Of a stretch of 48,154 bases of DNA, positions 1 to 11,070 are shown piece by piece. Source of the stretch: Euglena gracilis (lineage: Eukaryota); NCBI GenBank assembly GCA_039621445.1, contig CP154954.1, positions 49,951,847 to 50,000,000 of the forward strand, given 5' to 3'. Both the position numbers and the translations under genes were made by a program. Within the stretch, counting starts at the first letter, position 1; every line of letters starts with the position of its first letter. The notes beneath the pieces are model-generated. The model had not been told where the DNA came from. It made no database searches and was given only the letters and a program-made list of their open reading frames with translations.

Positions 1-384
1 AAATGTGCAAAAATGGAAAATGTGCAAAATTGGGCAAAAAAATGCGCAAAAAAATGCGCAAAAAAATGCGCAAAAATGTGCATTTTTGAAAAATTGACAA
101 AATGCGCAAAAATGCGGAGAAATGCGCAACGCATTCCCCCCCCTGTATGCACCAATCTGTGCCTCACCCATATGACCACGCAAAATTGCAGCCACATCCC
201 TTCATTCAGCCACCACAGACACACACACACACACACACACACACCCACACATACATACACACACAACCATCCAGAAAACAACGTCTGATATACACTAGGT
301 GCAAAAATGTTGCTAAATCGCGATGGTTGTCCAGCAGGCAACCCTACCCCTTCTGCCATCGAACGATACACCCCAAGCGCTGGT

Positions 385-560
385 GACACCGACACATGCA
401 GCGGAGCCTGCCAAGGATCGGGACAGCGATGGAAACGCCGGCTTAGGCTACAGCGGAACCAAACGCGGGCAGCCGGCCCCACAGGACGACAGGTCCCTCT
501 CCCTCTCCCAATTGAGCAAACCAGGAGCAGGGACCTCTTTTGGCAGACCACAGAGGGGGA
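385..560 (-). other. Conserved downstream block (probable 3' UTR) of paralog A
   Basis: Clearly similar to 15415-15592, which occupies the equivalent position about 2 kb downstream of the paralog B stop. Confidence 0.55.
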
Positions 561-764
561 AGGGTTTGCCCCTCCCCCCTCCCCCCCAGCTGGCGTCAGC
601 CACAGCTGGAAATTGTTGAAACTGAACAGAGATGGGCTCACCCCATGGTTGCTGAGAGTGGGCTGTTCATCCTCATCCCGCTGTAATGCTCCCCATAAAT
701 AACACCCCCACCAAATATAAAGTCTCCCAGGGACATGTTTGCAGACGTTCAATGCAGTAACATA

Positions 765-894
765 CCTGCCGCTCCCCGGGAAATTGTCACCGGACTGGTT
801 GGGACCCTGACAACTTCCTATCATGACAGGTTGGCCAGTACCAGGCCATGACAGTTTCCGGGGCGGGATCATGACAGTTTCCCGGGGGGGGGGG
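765..894. mobile_element. TA-flanked short inverted-repeat element
   Basis: ccccgggaaattgtca ... tgacagtttcccgggg between TA dinucleotides; relative at 28479-28578. Confidence 0.6.
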
Positions 895-2332
895 TATTTT
901 ATGTATTACGGTTTTATAATTATATGTATATAATATCATGCCATTACGTTACATTATGTTGCTTTATTATTTATATTATATTATTCATTTATATTGCATT
1001 CCTTTCAATTATTTTTTCATTTTAATATTTGTTATGTTAATGTGTAATGTGTGTCATAGTCACAATCCTTCACCAGAAAGGAGCCATTTTGGGCTTCAGC
1101 ATTTCGAGGCAAAGAAATGTGGCATAAAAGTGGACATATGACAACCCCCCGCCCGTGAAGAGGTTGGCGTATCTAAGAGGCCCCAGAGTGAAAACCCTAT
1201 TTAAAAAAACCCTATTAAACCATATTAAAAAGTGAATTAAAATTTATATAATAATTCCTACTGTAAGACATTTTCAGGCAAAAGGACAAATGAACAAACA
1301 GGCAGGCAAGCAGGCAGACAGACAGCACCCAGGGGGTGTTTCGGCTGGGGAGGGCGGGAAAGCATGTCCAAGAGATCCCATGGGCCAGACCTGGGGTTAG
1401 GTGATGAGATGCAAGAGACAGAGAATCACCACAGCATACATGCGGGTCTCGAGCAAAAGGCCGACGATGTGGCGCTTCATGAGCACGCTTCCGCACACCC
1501 CGGTCAAAGCTCAGCCACGTCCACCCCTTTTGTCCAGAACCGGGAAAGATGGGTTAGAATGAGCAAGAACCAGGTGCTGAGATGGTGGAGGGGGATAAGG
1601 ACCAGGCTGCTTCTATGTTGCTTGTTGAGAGCCAGGTGCTCAGAGAGGGAGGGGGCAACGCGACTAAAGGAAGAATCTGGCAATTTCGTCAAAGAAAGAA
1701 AAAATCCTTCAGCGCTGTTCGACTTGAAGGCACCAAGATATTAAAAGCACCCTCCCTTGTTTGAGCACCGGAAAAGAAAGGAAAAGACAAAAGGCAGAGA
1801 TTATTTCGCCAAAATATGGGTCAGAACCAAGAAGGTGCTGCTTAGACAAGGGTGAAAAGCTGACTGCGAAAAAAATCAGGCTTTTTTGCAGTCAACGCTT
1901 TTTCGTTGGGGGGGTCCACCAAGGTTGTATGGGAACCTTGGAGGGGGGGTGGGGGGACCCCCTTCCAAAACTGGGGGGGGGGAATTCCCCTCCTACCTCC
2001 AGTTTTCGGTCGCCGAAAATTTCGGCCGTTTTTTGGGCAAAAAAAATCAATTTTTCTGAAACTTCTCAAAAATGGTGGGGAATCAGAGTAAATGTCAGGA
2101 GAACAACTCAAAGCCCTTAAAGTGTCCTATCTAACAGTATTTTCCGCGCAACTCTGTCCCGAGTTACGGCCATTTTTTGGCCGATTCTCCAGAATTTCAT
2201 GTTGAGCCTCAAGAGGGCCCAAAAAGTCGTCTGGGACAAAAGGAAAACACTCTCTGCCGTCAGTCCCTTGGGCAGGGCGTTCATCCGCAACGCCAACTCC
2301 AGTTCTGAGTCAATTTTAGGGCTCACTGAGGA

Positions 2333-5300
2333 TCAGCAGGCAGCGAAGTTCAGGCTGCGCAGCAAATCCAGCAGAGGGTGGGGGGCGAACAGTTGGGCGG
2401 AGGCGGCGGGGGCGGGGGGAGTCGGCAGGGCGCAGCCCCGGAGGGCGCTGCGGGCTTGGCGGCAGCGACCCCGACGGCGTCGTTGGGGATGGGGGGGGCA
2501 GGGATGTGTGGGGACCCCTGAGTGGGGGGGACCCCCCACACAGGTGGGGAGTACCTCGAACCTGTTAGGGGCTTTCTATGGCCGTTCAAAGTCATAGATA
2601 CTGGGCCGAAATTGTTGGGATTAGATGTATAAAAGCATGCGTATACATTCAAACCTAACTAAACATTGAACCTAAATTTTTATTTGAAAATAAAAGACAC
2701 ACCCAAACTGCTCTGTTTATGACTTCCTTGAATGTTTTTCATGTGGGGAAAAAAATCAAAAAAATGTTCAATCCGCTGAAAAGCGAGGGGGAAAATCATT
2801 GTTGGTGCTTGTGCAGATTCTTTTTCACTGCTTTTGGAAGGGTGTGGGGGTCAGACGACCACTCCCAACATCGGGGGGGGGGGGGGTTCAGGACCTCCTC
2901 GCCCCCAAGCACCTTCGGTCACATACCCGCATCCCCGCGTCAGTGGCCGCACCCACATTCCCTCATTCGCTCAAGTAAGGGCATAAAGGCATTTCCCCAC
3001 CCCACTCCAACAGTCGCCTTACCTGCATCCCTGCATCCGCTCCAGTACGGGATGGCCTGGTGGGGGTCAACCCCCCCCTCCGGGAGGTACGGGGGGGTTG
3101 ACCCCCCCACACACAGCATTCGGTGCCGAAGGAAAATTTTGAACTAAATAAGTGGTTCCTTGTGTACAGGGAGGCTTGGTGGGGGGGTCCACCCCTCCAC
3201 TGGAGGGGTTGCGGGGATCCCCGTACAGCCCTGGCCCCAATAACTGCACACCCATCCCATATCCAGACATCTGCTCCACACACACAAAGTGGTGCAAAAT
3301 GGTCAAATATCGTCAAAATGGACGATATTTGAATATGAATTTAAATGGACCCAAAAAAAAATGCCAATAGTGGTTTGAAATAGCCAAAAAAAATGACCAC
3401 AAATGGGTCACAGGAGAAAATGGCCCAAGACCAGAAGAAAATGAGCACCCAAAAATGGCCAAAAATAGGTCAAAAGGGGCCAAAAGGGGCCAAAAGCTAC
3501 ATAAATTGGCCAAAAGTGGCAAAAAGTGGCAAACAACCTCCAAAAGCGGCCAAAGTGGCTGGAAACAAGTCGAACAACAGCCAAAAAATCTCCGCATCGC
3601 CCTGCATCGCCCTGCATCACCGTGCATTGCCCTGCATCACCCGACATCGTCAAACTTGCCCACCACCTACCTCAATACCAAAAGTCCCTGGGGGGGGAGG
3701 GTTGCGGTCTGTGCTGTGGTGCCAGTGCTCACACTTTTTTCAAACAAAAACAGCCCCAAAGCATGATTTTGTAATTTTGGGAACACGCTAATTTTAGAAA
3801 TATAGATTTTGTTGGTCAGATAAAAATCCGAAAATGACAAAAAAAAGACGAAAAGTTTGGCCTAAGGCAAAAAAAAATATGGTCCAAGATGCAGAAATCC
3901 TCAAAGTCAAAATCATTTCCAAGCAGAAAATGGAGGGGAAAAGGCATACAAAAAAGCCAGAAGTTGCCAAAATTTGCCTAAATTTGTCAAATTTGGCTAA
4001 CTTTGGCAACAAAAAAAAACACCTGGGTTCCCTTGTGAAACGTCCAAAAATGACCGGAACTCACTTCACCTCCCATTTTTGGTCCATGCGAAAAAATTGC
4101 TGAGAAAGGGGAAAAAAATGCGGAGAAAATGCGGGAAAAATGCAGAGGATTGCGGAAAATGCGGAAATATTGCGGTAACCAATTCTCCCCGGGACTGGTC
4201 TCAATTTTGCAGGGTGCAAAACAGCAGAGAGGCTGGGGGCGGTGCCGTGCCAGTGTGCACACAATTGGCTAGCAGCGACTTCGGGGCATGGGGCTGGGTA
4301 TGACCCACACAAGTTGAGGTGTAGGCAATTTATGCTCCACACAGCACATTGCAGGCAATTCCTGTGGCTCGCTGGGCTGGAGAGGTCCGCTTCCAGCGCT
4401 GCCAACGCCGGAGGGGCCGGGGTGGCACTCTCCGGGGGCGGCGTGGCCGGCCGGTCCTGGTCCTCGGTGGGGTCCCGGGGACGGGCTGGGGGGGTCCGCA
4501 GGCTGAACGGGAAGACGTGGGCTGGTGGGCGCGGCCAGGGCTTGATTGACTCGGCACAGCGTCTTTACCATGGTCAATGCAGAGTCAGCAAAATAACTGG
4601 GCGCCTGTTCTGGGCCGGCAATGGGTGTCTCATTTGCAGTCCCAACTCCTTATTGCTTCCCAATCTCAAAATTGAATGCCAACCCAGAAATCACATGAAC
4701 ACACACAAGCAAACCACACACAACACACGCATTCAGACACACATTGAAAGCTGCACGGTGTGCATGGTGTGCACGGAGTGCCGCATACCATACCTCGGTA
4801 TCTCCACAGACAAAACTGCCGACCACTCCACCACAGCACCACACCACACCATCACTGACTGGTAAAAAAGTCACACACAGCCACAACATTCAGGAATAGC
4901 AGGCGTTCCTTCCGTCAACGCCTGGGCAGCGACCCGACTTGACCACTGGGTCCGCTGGCCAGGGCCAGGCATTGTTTTTTTAAGGCACCATTGAAAGCCT
5001 TAAAAAAAAAACCTTAAAATGCCTAAAAAGTGCACAAAAAGCCGTAAAAAAACCCTAATGCACCCTGTAAAACCATTTGAAAAAAAACCCTTTAAAACCC
5101 TCAATAAAACTCCGGCAAACATTTCAAATTTTGAGCAAAATGAAGTTGCACAACAAATTTTTCTGCAATCGCTGGGAACTCTTCCATTTACTTGAACTCG
5201 AAAAAAACGTTTTCGAGTTTTCTGAAGTTGGACCCCTTCGGTATCGGGTTGGCCCTTTGGGTCGTAATTGGGAAGTAAAAATATCAAAAAATAGGGGAAA

Positions 5301-8300
5301 AAATGCCATAAAAGTTTGAAATTTATTCGCCTAAAAAATAATGCCTGGCCAGGGCTCCCGGGGAGCGGCGGCCAACGGAGACCGGGCCAACGCTGGGCTG
5401 CCGAGGGCCTCCGGGGTAGGGGGGGACCCCGGCCGCTTGCTGGAGTCCCCCGAGGAGACAGGGTTCGGGGGCGCCCCCCTGCCGTTGGCTGGCACCCAAC
5501 CCCTGCGGCTGCCCAGTGAAAAGATTGGTACCTTTTCTTTCGCTGAGAAACACCCGGGGAAGCCTTCTGTGTCCTGCAGTTTGTTTGGAATGCTGGAGCC
5601 ATTGAAGCTGGACCGTCAGAGCAGCAGCGCAACAGCGGTGCCAACACATTGAATCAACGCAAAAGAGAATTCGTTAAGACGGCAAATGCGCCGAAGCCCC
5701 GTGTGCCCAGGTCGCCCTGCGGCACCACGCCGGGTTGGACAGAGTCTCATCGGCCAATCGGACGTTGAAAGCGCGTGCAGGCCAAAGCGGACCCACCCAG
5801 CGGCGCCAGAACCGCGACCCGCCAATGCCTCATGCCAGAGACCGCAGGGGGGCGGAGAGGGGACGCGGGGCAGCCGGCGCCGGCGGAGTGGCTTCGGAGA
5901 TGACGTAGCGAGCAGGGCTCTCTGATCGGGAGGGGACTGTTCCATGGGGGAAAATGAACTCTATGCCAATGCCTCCAACACACATTTATGCTGGTCTCGG
6001 ATCAGGGGGTCGATAGAGCGGGGGGGGGGGGGCAAGTTGGCAAGTTGGGGATGCATGGATGTATGGTCATTTTTGGCTATTTTTGGGTCCTTTTTTTTGG
6101 CCCTTTTTGACCAATTATAGGCCAATTTTGTCATTTCTGGCCACTTTGGGTGAAATGCATTATGTTTTTTTTTCTCGCACGTTCAGCAACAAGGCTTGTC
6201 GAATGACCTTCCCCTGGTCAGACCTTTTTGGATACTATGCTTGTGCAGAGTTGTGCGAATAAATTTCTTCATTTTTCCTTCAGCATTAGAGAGGCACAGT
6301 GATTTGCTGAGATGTCCTCTTCTCCAAAGAGTGTTTCACACGTGAACATGGTATTGCCACACAATTCATTTCCCATCCAATGTGCCCCATGAGGTTTGTC
6401 TTTTGTGTTTCCACACCGGTCAATTCAAAACTCAATGTTTGCTTTTGATTGTCTTTTTTTGTTGCGTTGTTTTTTTTTTACTGCAACGTCAAAACGGCGG
6501 CGGAACATGCAACGGCAACGGCCCTCTGATCTTGCAAGTTGACAGGAAAGTCGCAAAAATGTCCAAAAATGGTAAAGTCACAGTAAAATGACTGAAACAG
6601 CAAAAAAAAGAAGAAAGCTGGGGGGGGGGGCAGCTGAACTGAAAAAAGCAAAAGTCGAAGCGTTCACATAAGCTGGGAGAAGGGGTGACTGCATTCCCTC
6701 TCAAAGCACGACAGTGTGGCGACTGCCGAGGTAACGACAGGGAGGCCCCTGGCCGGGGTGCAGCTTGCTGCACTTCCCGCCGAACTTGCACTGCCCCGTC
6801 ATGGCCCACACCTCACACACCTGCCGGCCGGCCTGGGCCTGCACCGCCCCGGACAGCTGCCGGTAGTCCGAGAGGTCCGGGTGGGGGAACCGGCACCGGG
6901 GGACTGCCCCCGCCTTGCCTCTGCTCCCGGCAATGGTGTCCATATGGAGGTATTTGAATCCCAACGTAGCACTGCCCAGTGTGGAGACAACACAAACAGC
7001 AATGCAAGGAGGGGTTTTCTGAAGAAGCCGGGGGCAGGGGGGAGGGACTGCTGACCCAAAGGGGGGGGGGCAGCAGCCTGGCTGGAAGCTGCTGGCTGGG
7101 GAAACTGTGCGGGACCCTCTCCCCCCGGGGTGGGGTCACCTGTGGAAAAACTCCCGCTGAGGAAATCCCTGATAATAACTTGGGAGCACGAGAATGGTGT
7201 GGGAAAGAGACGTTATTGAGCGAAGCACGTGTGACCACAGGAGCGGGGAGCGGGGGAGGCAAGGTAGGCGGGGTCAGGCTGCCGCCGCACACAGCGGCCC
7301 TTCAGGTAGTCGAGGCCAGGCTTCAGGGCTTCGAAAAAATGGCAGAAACTTGTGGGGAAATTGATATCAGGAGGGCAAACATTTTTGCTGACGGCGACTG
7401 AGATAATTTCACAAATTTTTGCCATTTTGCAAAAACAAAAAGGTCCAAAAAGCACAATTTTTGTAATTTTGGGAACATGGTGATCTGGAAATGTGGAATT
7501 TCTGTGGTGAAAAAAATACGAAAACGGCAAAAACTGCCGAAAACATTGGTCTCAGGAAAAAATCTGGTCCAATGCAGAATTTTTCTAAATCGAAATTATT
7601 TTCCAGCAGAAATTGGGGAAAACCCTAAAAAGGCCCTAAGAAAATTTGTCAAATTTTCTAAATTCGACAAATTTTGGCAAATTTGAAACAAAATAACAAA
7701 AAAAGCACCTGGGTTCCCTTGTGACACGTTTGAGAAGTGGCCAAAACTCATCTTGCCTTCTGTCTCAGGTTTATGTGAAAAAATCGAAGAAAGCGAAAAG
7801 ATTGCGGAAATTGCGGGAAAAATGGTGGAAATCAATTCCCCCCCTTTGAGGCTGTTGCTTTAGGTTTCACAGCACCCCGGGTCATTTGGAAAGTGGAAAT
7901 CCTGCCTCCCCCCCCCCTTGTCGTTGACACGCCAATGTTCCAGGAGAGCGCCGTTGACACGGGGGGGGGGGGGGGCGTGTCAACGACACGCCATGTCAAT
8001 GTCACTGTGATTCAATAGGTACCCCCCCCCTAGTCGCATGACCGGGTTCCTGCAACCTGTGACCGGGGGGGGGGGGGTCATAACACCCCCATAACCTGCA
8101 ACCTGTGACCGGGGGGTGGTCGTAAATGAGGTGGCAGTCAAGCACCTCTGGTCATCCATGCCCCTAACCCCAGCATCGCCCAGCATCGCCCAACATCGCC
8201 CAGCATCGCCCAGCATCGTTCAGCATCGCCCAGCATCGCCCAGCATCGCCTTTGGAGCCCTTGAAGGTGTACCTTTTATGCCTGCTGCTTTTGCCGCTCT

Positions 8301-11044
8301 CGCCCACTTTTGGCTACTTTTGGCCATCTTTGGTTGCTTTTTGACCACTGTGACTGCTTTTTGAACGCTTTTGCCCACATTTGCTGCCTTTTGACCAATT
8401 TTGACTGCTTCTTGACCACTTTTACTGCTTTTTGCCCACTTTTGCCCATTTCCAACCACCTTTGCAGCTTTTTTGATCAATTTTGCTTCTTTTTGACCAC
8501 TTTTGACCACTTTTGCCTGCTTTTTGACCACTTTTGACAACTTTTGCTGCTTTTTGACCACTTTTGCCCACGTTTGCTACTTTTTTGCCCACTTTTGGCC
8601 ATTGTTGCCGCTTTTTGATCACTTTTGCTGCTTTTTGACCACTTTGTTGCTATTTGACCACCTTTGCCTGCTTTTTGACCACTTTTGCTGCTTTCTGACC
8701 ACTTTTGTCCCACTTTTGCCTGCTTTTTGACCACTTTTTGACCACTTGGCAGCACAAGATGTGGTGTGCAGGCCTATGAGATGGCAACATCGAGTGCAAG
8801 TTGCAAGCCTCTTGCCGGTCAGACAAACAGAGACCAAAACAGTTGTTGTGCTGGAGGGTGGAGGGTGGCACCCCTGCAATTGCAACGGGGTGTCGACCCA
8901 ACACCCCGCCTAGACCAGACTGGATCTGCGGCGAGTGTAAGTGTTCAGAGGTTATACCAACAACAACCAAGTAAAGACACAGCAAAATGGCGTTGTCCAG
9001 CATCTGCACCTTGTCCACCATCTGCATCTTGTCCAGCATCTTCACCTTGTCCAGCATCGGCATGTTGTCCACCATCTACATCTTGTCCAGCATCGGCATC
9101 TTCTCAGTATCTGCAACGTTGTCCGGCGTCTGCATCCACTTCATCTTGTCCAGTATCTGCTTCTTGTCCAGCATCTTCACCTTGTCCAGCATCGGCATGT
9201 TGTCCACCATCTGCATCTTGTCCAGCATCGGCACCTTGTCCAGCATCGGCACCTTATCAGTATTTGCAACGTTGTCCGGTGTCTGCATCCACTTCATCTT
9301 GTCCAGTATGTGCTTCTTGTCCAGCATCTGCATCTTGTCCAGCATCTGCATGTTGTCCAGCATTTGCATCTTGTCCAGCATCTGCACCTTGTACAGCATC
9401 GGCACCTTATCAGTATCTGCATCTTGTCCACCATCTGCTGTTGTCCAGTATCTGCATCCACTTCATCTTGTCCAGCATCGGCATCTTGTCTGGTATGTAC
9501 ATCTTGTCCAACGCCTGCATCTTGTCCAGCATCAGAGTCTGTCCAGTATTCATCCAATGGCACCCAACCTAGCCAAAATAACCACAAAAGCCCAAAAATG
9601 ACCACAAAAACCCAAAAATTGACCACAAAAAGCCCCCAAAAAGCAACCAAAATGACCCAAAGTGCTTCAAATGACAAAAAAAATGCCCAAAAACGCCAAA
9701 AGATTGTGAAAAATGACCCAAAATCACCACAAAGGCACAAAATGGCCCACAATGCCATAAAATGCTCATATTGACCCAAATTAGCCTAATATTTGCCAAC
9801 TCAGTGACAAATAACCCCAAATTAGCAAAAAATGATCCATAATGGCCAAAATGGGTGTAAGACTGGAGAATTGTAGGGAAATTATCCCAGAAATGGGTTT
9901 AATTCTTCAAAATGTACAAAAAAAATGCCAGCATCGCCCAGCATCGCCCAGCATCGCCCTGCATCGCCCAGCATCGCCCAGCATCGGAACCCCACCTCTG
10001 GTCTCCAAAATTCCAGCATCGCCCAGCATCGCCCTGCATCGCCCAGCATCGCCCAGCATCATCAGAGGTGCTTGGTGGCGGTCATAGGTAAGGTGGTGTT
10101 AAATTTTTCGCAACCTGCAACCTGTGACCGGGGGGGGTCATAACACCCCCATGACCTGCAACCTGTGACCAGGGGGTGGTCGTAAATGAGGGGTGGTCAT
10201 ACGACTAGGGGGGGGGGGGGCAGTGTTCCAGAAAAGTGTCGTTGACACTGGGTGTGTGCCAACGACACGCTGTGTCAACGACAAGGGGGGGGGGGTGTGA
10301 CCCCTGGGGGGGTCCACCAGCAGGGCTAGCCAGGAAAAATTTCTCCAGGTGCGGAATGCCAGAACTTCTTTTGGACCCCAAGCCTGGCCAAAAATACCCA
10401 TGTTTGACCATTTTTTTTGGAATTTTTGGAACATGGCCCCAAAAACACTAAAAAAAATTGTTTCCCATCGGGGACCCCGGACCCATCCCCAGGAGGTGGG
10501 GGGCATGCTTGTGCTTACCAACCGGGGGGGGGGGGGGTGGGGGGGGTTGCTATAGGGTGCCTGCCCCTAGCAGGCACACCCCCCCCCCGGGGGGGGGATA
10601 GGGGTCCGGGCCGGACCCAGAAAATTTTCATTGAAAATGGCCGTTTCCGGGCCCCCGGGGCATTTGGCGACGAGGTCGGAGGGGGGTGCCTGCTAAAGGC
10701 AGGCAACCCCCGAAACCCTACCCCCCCCCCGGGGGGTCGGATCGGGTGCTATGGGGTGCCTGCCCCTAGCACCCACCCCCCCCCCCCGTGGGGTAGGCAC
10801 CCGACTAAGCACAAGCCTGGTGGGGGGTCTGGTTAGAGGCTGTTTCCAGTGTGTAGCAAAATGGCCAGCCAGTGGACCCCCCTAAACTCTGGCCGAGGCA
10901 CACGCGGCGGTTCTCCGCCTTGTCCTCCCGGGCTGGCGGGGGTTGCTTCGCGCCCGTTGCCCCGGTCAGCGGCAAGGAACCGCCCAGCGTCCCATCGCTG
11001 GGGATGGGGCCCAGTGAGGGGTGGGAGAAGGCCGGGATGCGCAT
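2333..11044 (-). CDS. Tandem CCCH zinc-finger protein, paralog A (about 286 aa, 8 coding exons, nonconventional introns)
   Basis: Exons inferred by alignment with paralogs B and C: 10895-11044, 7281-7311, 6755-6897, ~5838-5907, ~5351-5506, 4928-4960, 4378-4530, 2333-2457. They total 861 nt and are phase-consistent. Spliced product: MRIPAFSH...KAENRRVCLDYLKGRCVRRRCRFPHPDLSDYRQLSGAVQAQAGRQVCEVWAMTGQCKFGGKCSKLHPYVIS...ALEADLSKARSALRG...HPLLDLLRSLNFAAC*. Motifs are C-x7-C-x4-C-x3-H and C-x8-C-x5-C-x3-H. Differences from B in the 3' exons fall largely at synonymous third positions. The exon 4/5 junction is tentative. Confidence 0.85.
2458..4377 (-). other. Nonconventional intron shared by all paralogs (also 17803-21104 and 30083-31540)
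   Basis: A|G(C/T)C-CAG...GGGTCGCTG-N5|AAGCCCGC in all copies. Removal gives ADL(S/A)KAR. Confidence 0.78.
4531..4927 (-). other. Nonconventional intron shared by all paralogs (also 21252-21519 and 33043-33342)
   Basis: Y|GCC-C(A/G)G...CTG-N5|G in all three copies, phase 1, with paired ends. Confidence 0.8.
4961..5350 (-). other. Nonconventional intron specific to paralog A = TIR element 4966-5347 plus one TSD copy
   Basis: Perfect 8-bp direct repeat gccagggc at 4958-4965 and 5348-5355. TIRs caggcattgttttt / aaaaataatgcctg. Sense-strand junctions CCCT|GGC-CAG...CTG-GCCCT|GGCC. Paralog B is uninterrupted at the homologous site (~21550). Confidence 0.88.
6898..7280 (-). other. Nonconventional intron shared by all three paralogs (also 22409-24119 and 35004-35798), CTG...CAG stem
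   Basis: 5' CTGCCCCCGCCT-like end pairs with 3' AGGCGGGGGCAG-like end in all copies. Removal yields C-V-R-R-R-C-R-F-(P/A)-H. Confidence 0.8.
7323..7845. repeat. Dispersed ~500-bp AT-rich repeat family
   Basis: Shared motifs (ttttgtaattttgggaaca, cacctgggttccct, ttgcggaaa) recur at ~3735-4190, ~32055-32390 and ~39840-40080. Confidence 0.65.
8139..10074. mobile_element. 1.9-kb non-autonomous TIR element with 8-bp TSD, carrying decamer arrays and an 18-bp minisatellite
   Basis: Perfect 12-bp TIR caagcacctctg / cagaggtgcttg. TSD gtggcagt (8131-8138) / gtggcggt (10075-10082). (cagcatcgcc)n lies near both ends. Partial relatives at ~25165-25717 and ~3290-3660. Confidence 0.8.
8992..9550. repeat. 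18-bp minisatellite (atcttgtccagcatctgc)n
   Basis: About 30 degenerate units; a shorter copy lies at ~25168-25262. Confidence 0.9.
10504..10819. mobile_element. MITE with 14-bp TIR and 8-bp TSD (hAT/P-type signature)
   Basis: TIR catgcttgtgctta / taagcacaagcctg. Perfect TSD gtgggggg at 10496-10503 and 10820-10827. Second copy at 12665-12941. Confidence 0.85.
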
Positions 11045-11070
11045 CGCTCTGTGACAGGGGCAGGGGGGGT
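11045..11070 (-). promoter_or_regulatory. Putative spliced-leader trans-splice acceptor, paralog A
   Basis: Minus strand reads ccccctgcccctgtcacAG|agcgATG: a pyrimidine-rich tract and an AG 4 nt before the start codon. Confidence 0.55.

Larger units (their letters stand above)
7312..10894 (-). other. 3.6-kb nonconventional intron specific to paralog A (element 7317-10891)
   Basis: Junctions TGCCTC|GGC-CAG...CTG-GCCTC|GACTAC. Flanking 8-mers gtcgaggc (7309-7316) and gccgaggc (10892-10899) match 7/8. The degraded TIR matches 9/12. It splits V-C-L|D-Y of zinc finger 1; B and C are uninterrupted here. Confidence 0.85.

Noticed and set aside
5838-5907. Alternative T-S-S-P reading frame for the exon after finger 2
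   Set aside because: Three-way comparison shows synonymous changes in the GP(L/V)S(A/T)LL frame, and the 5-nt spacer rule places the junction at the conserved TAC.
8766-9774. Long ORFs of 204-277 aa, including a His-rich one
   Set aside because: They arise from a stop-free 18-bp minisatellite inside a TIR element inside an intron.
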